DNA of 64,000 nt from Mobula hypostoma. Its lineage: Eukaryota. The stretch covers positions 217,746,001-217,810,000 of the forward strand of contig NC_086097.1 of assembly GCF_963921235.1 (NCBI RefSeq), in the 5' to 3' direction. The notes beneath the pieces are model-generated. The model saw only the letters and a program-made list of their open reading frames with translations, made no database searches and was not told where the DNA came from. Every line of letters begins with the position of its first letter. Position 1 is the first letter of the stretch. The translations under genes and the position numbers were made by a program. This document shows, in pieces, positions 63,783 through 64,000 of this stretch.

Positions 63783-64000
63783 CGGGTGAGACCAGATATA
63801 TCAAGTACCTTAGCTCCATATGCAAAAAGTGGAATTTCCCAGTGGCCAACCATTTTAATTCATATCCCCATTCTCATTGTGGCATGTCAGTCCATGGTCT
63901 CCTCCTCTGCCATGATGAAGTTGGAAGAGCAACACCTCATATTTCATCTAGGTTGCTTCCAACCTGATGACATGAATATCAATTTCTCCAAATTCCGGTT
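63783..64000 (+). mobile_element. Old PLE GIY-YIG fragment
   Basis: cccagtggccaaccattttaat...gagcaacacctcatatttcatctaggttgcttccaacctgatgacatgaatatc, homologous to 15140-15320. Confidence 0.75.

Noticed and set aside
1..64000. Prokaryotic systems (CRISPR arrays, retrons, operons) suggested by the many RT ORFs
   Set aside because: All RTs are eukaryotic CR1, Rex, PLE or BEL types, spliceosomal exons are present, and no repeat-spacer array was seen.

Overview
This is eukaryotic, vertebrate genomic DNA. It is most likely from a cartilaginous fish (shark or ray), inferred from an HE1-like SINE and elasmobranch-type CR1 families. The window lies inside one minus-strand host gene, the leucine-rich-repeat protein PPP1R42 (LRRC67/TLRR). 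Two exons are clearly homologous (43799-43916, 20910-21038) and two more are frame-compatible (17334-17517, 7830-7872). The introns are packed with nested retroelements: many CR1 LINEs (two with an esterase-type ORF1), Penelope-like elements (PLE; RT plus GIY-YIG), Rex1/Babar-like LINEs, RTE 5'/3' remnants, and a degenerate BEL/Pao LTR element with both LTRs and a target-site duplication (TSD). That BEL element holds a small non-autonomous Gypsy-derived LTR element. The most interesting signals are RNA structures. A minimal hammerhead ribozyme sits in the PLE terminal repeat, and one copy is a 101-bp, TSD-flanked insertion made almost only of the ribozyme. An HDV-like ribozyme candidate lies near the 5' end of two RTE-derived copies. 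Almost all ORFs in the track are broken transposon fragments or their antisense shadows. All identifications come from reading the sequence and from remembered family knowledge; no searches were run, and TE boundaries are approximate unless a TSD is cited.
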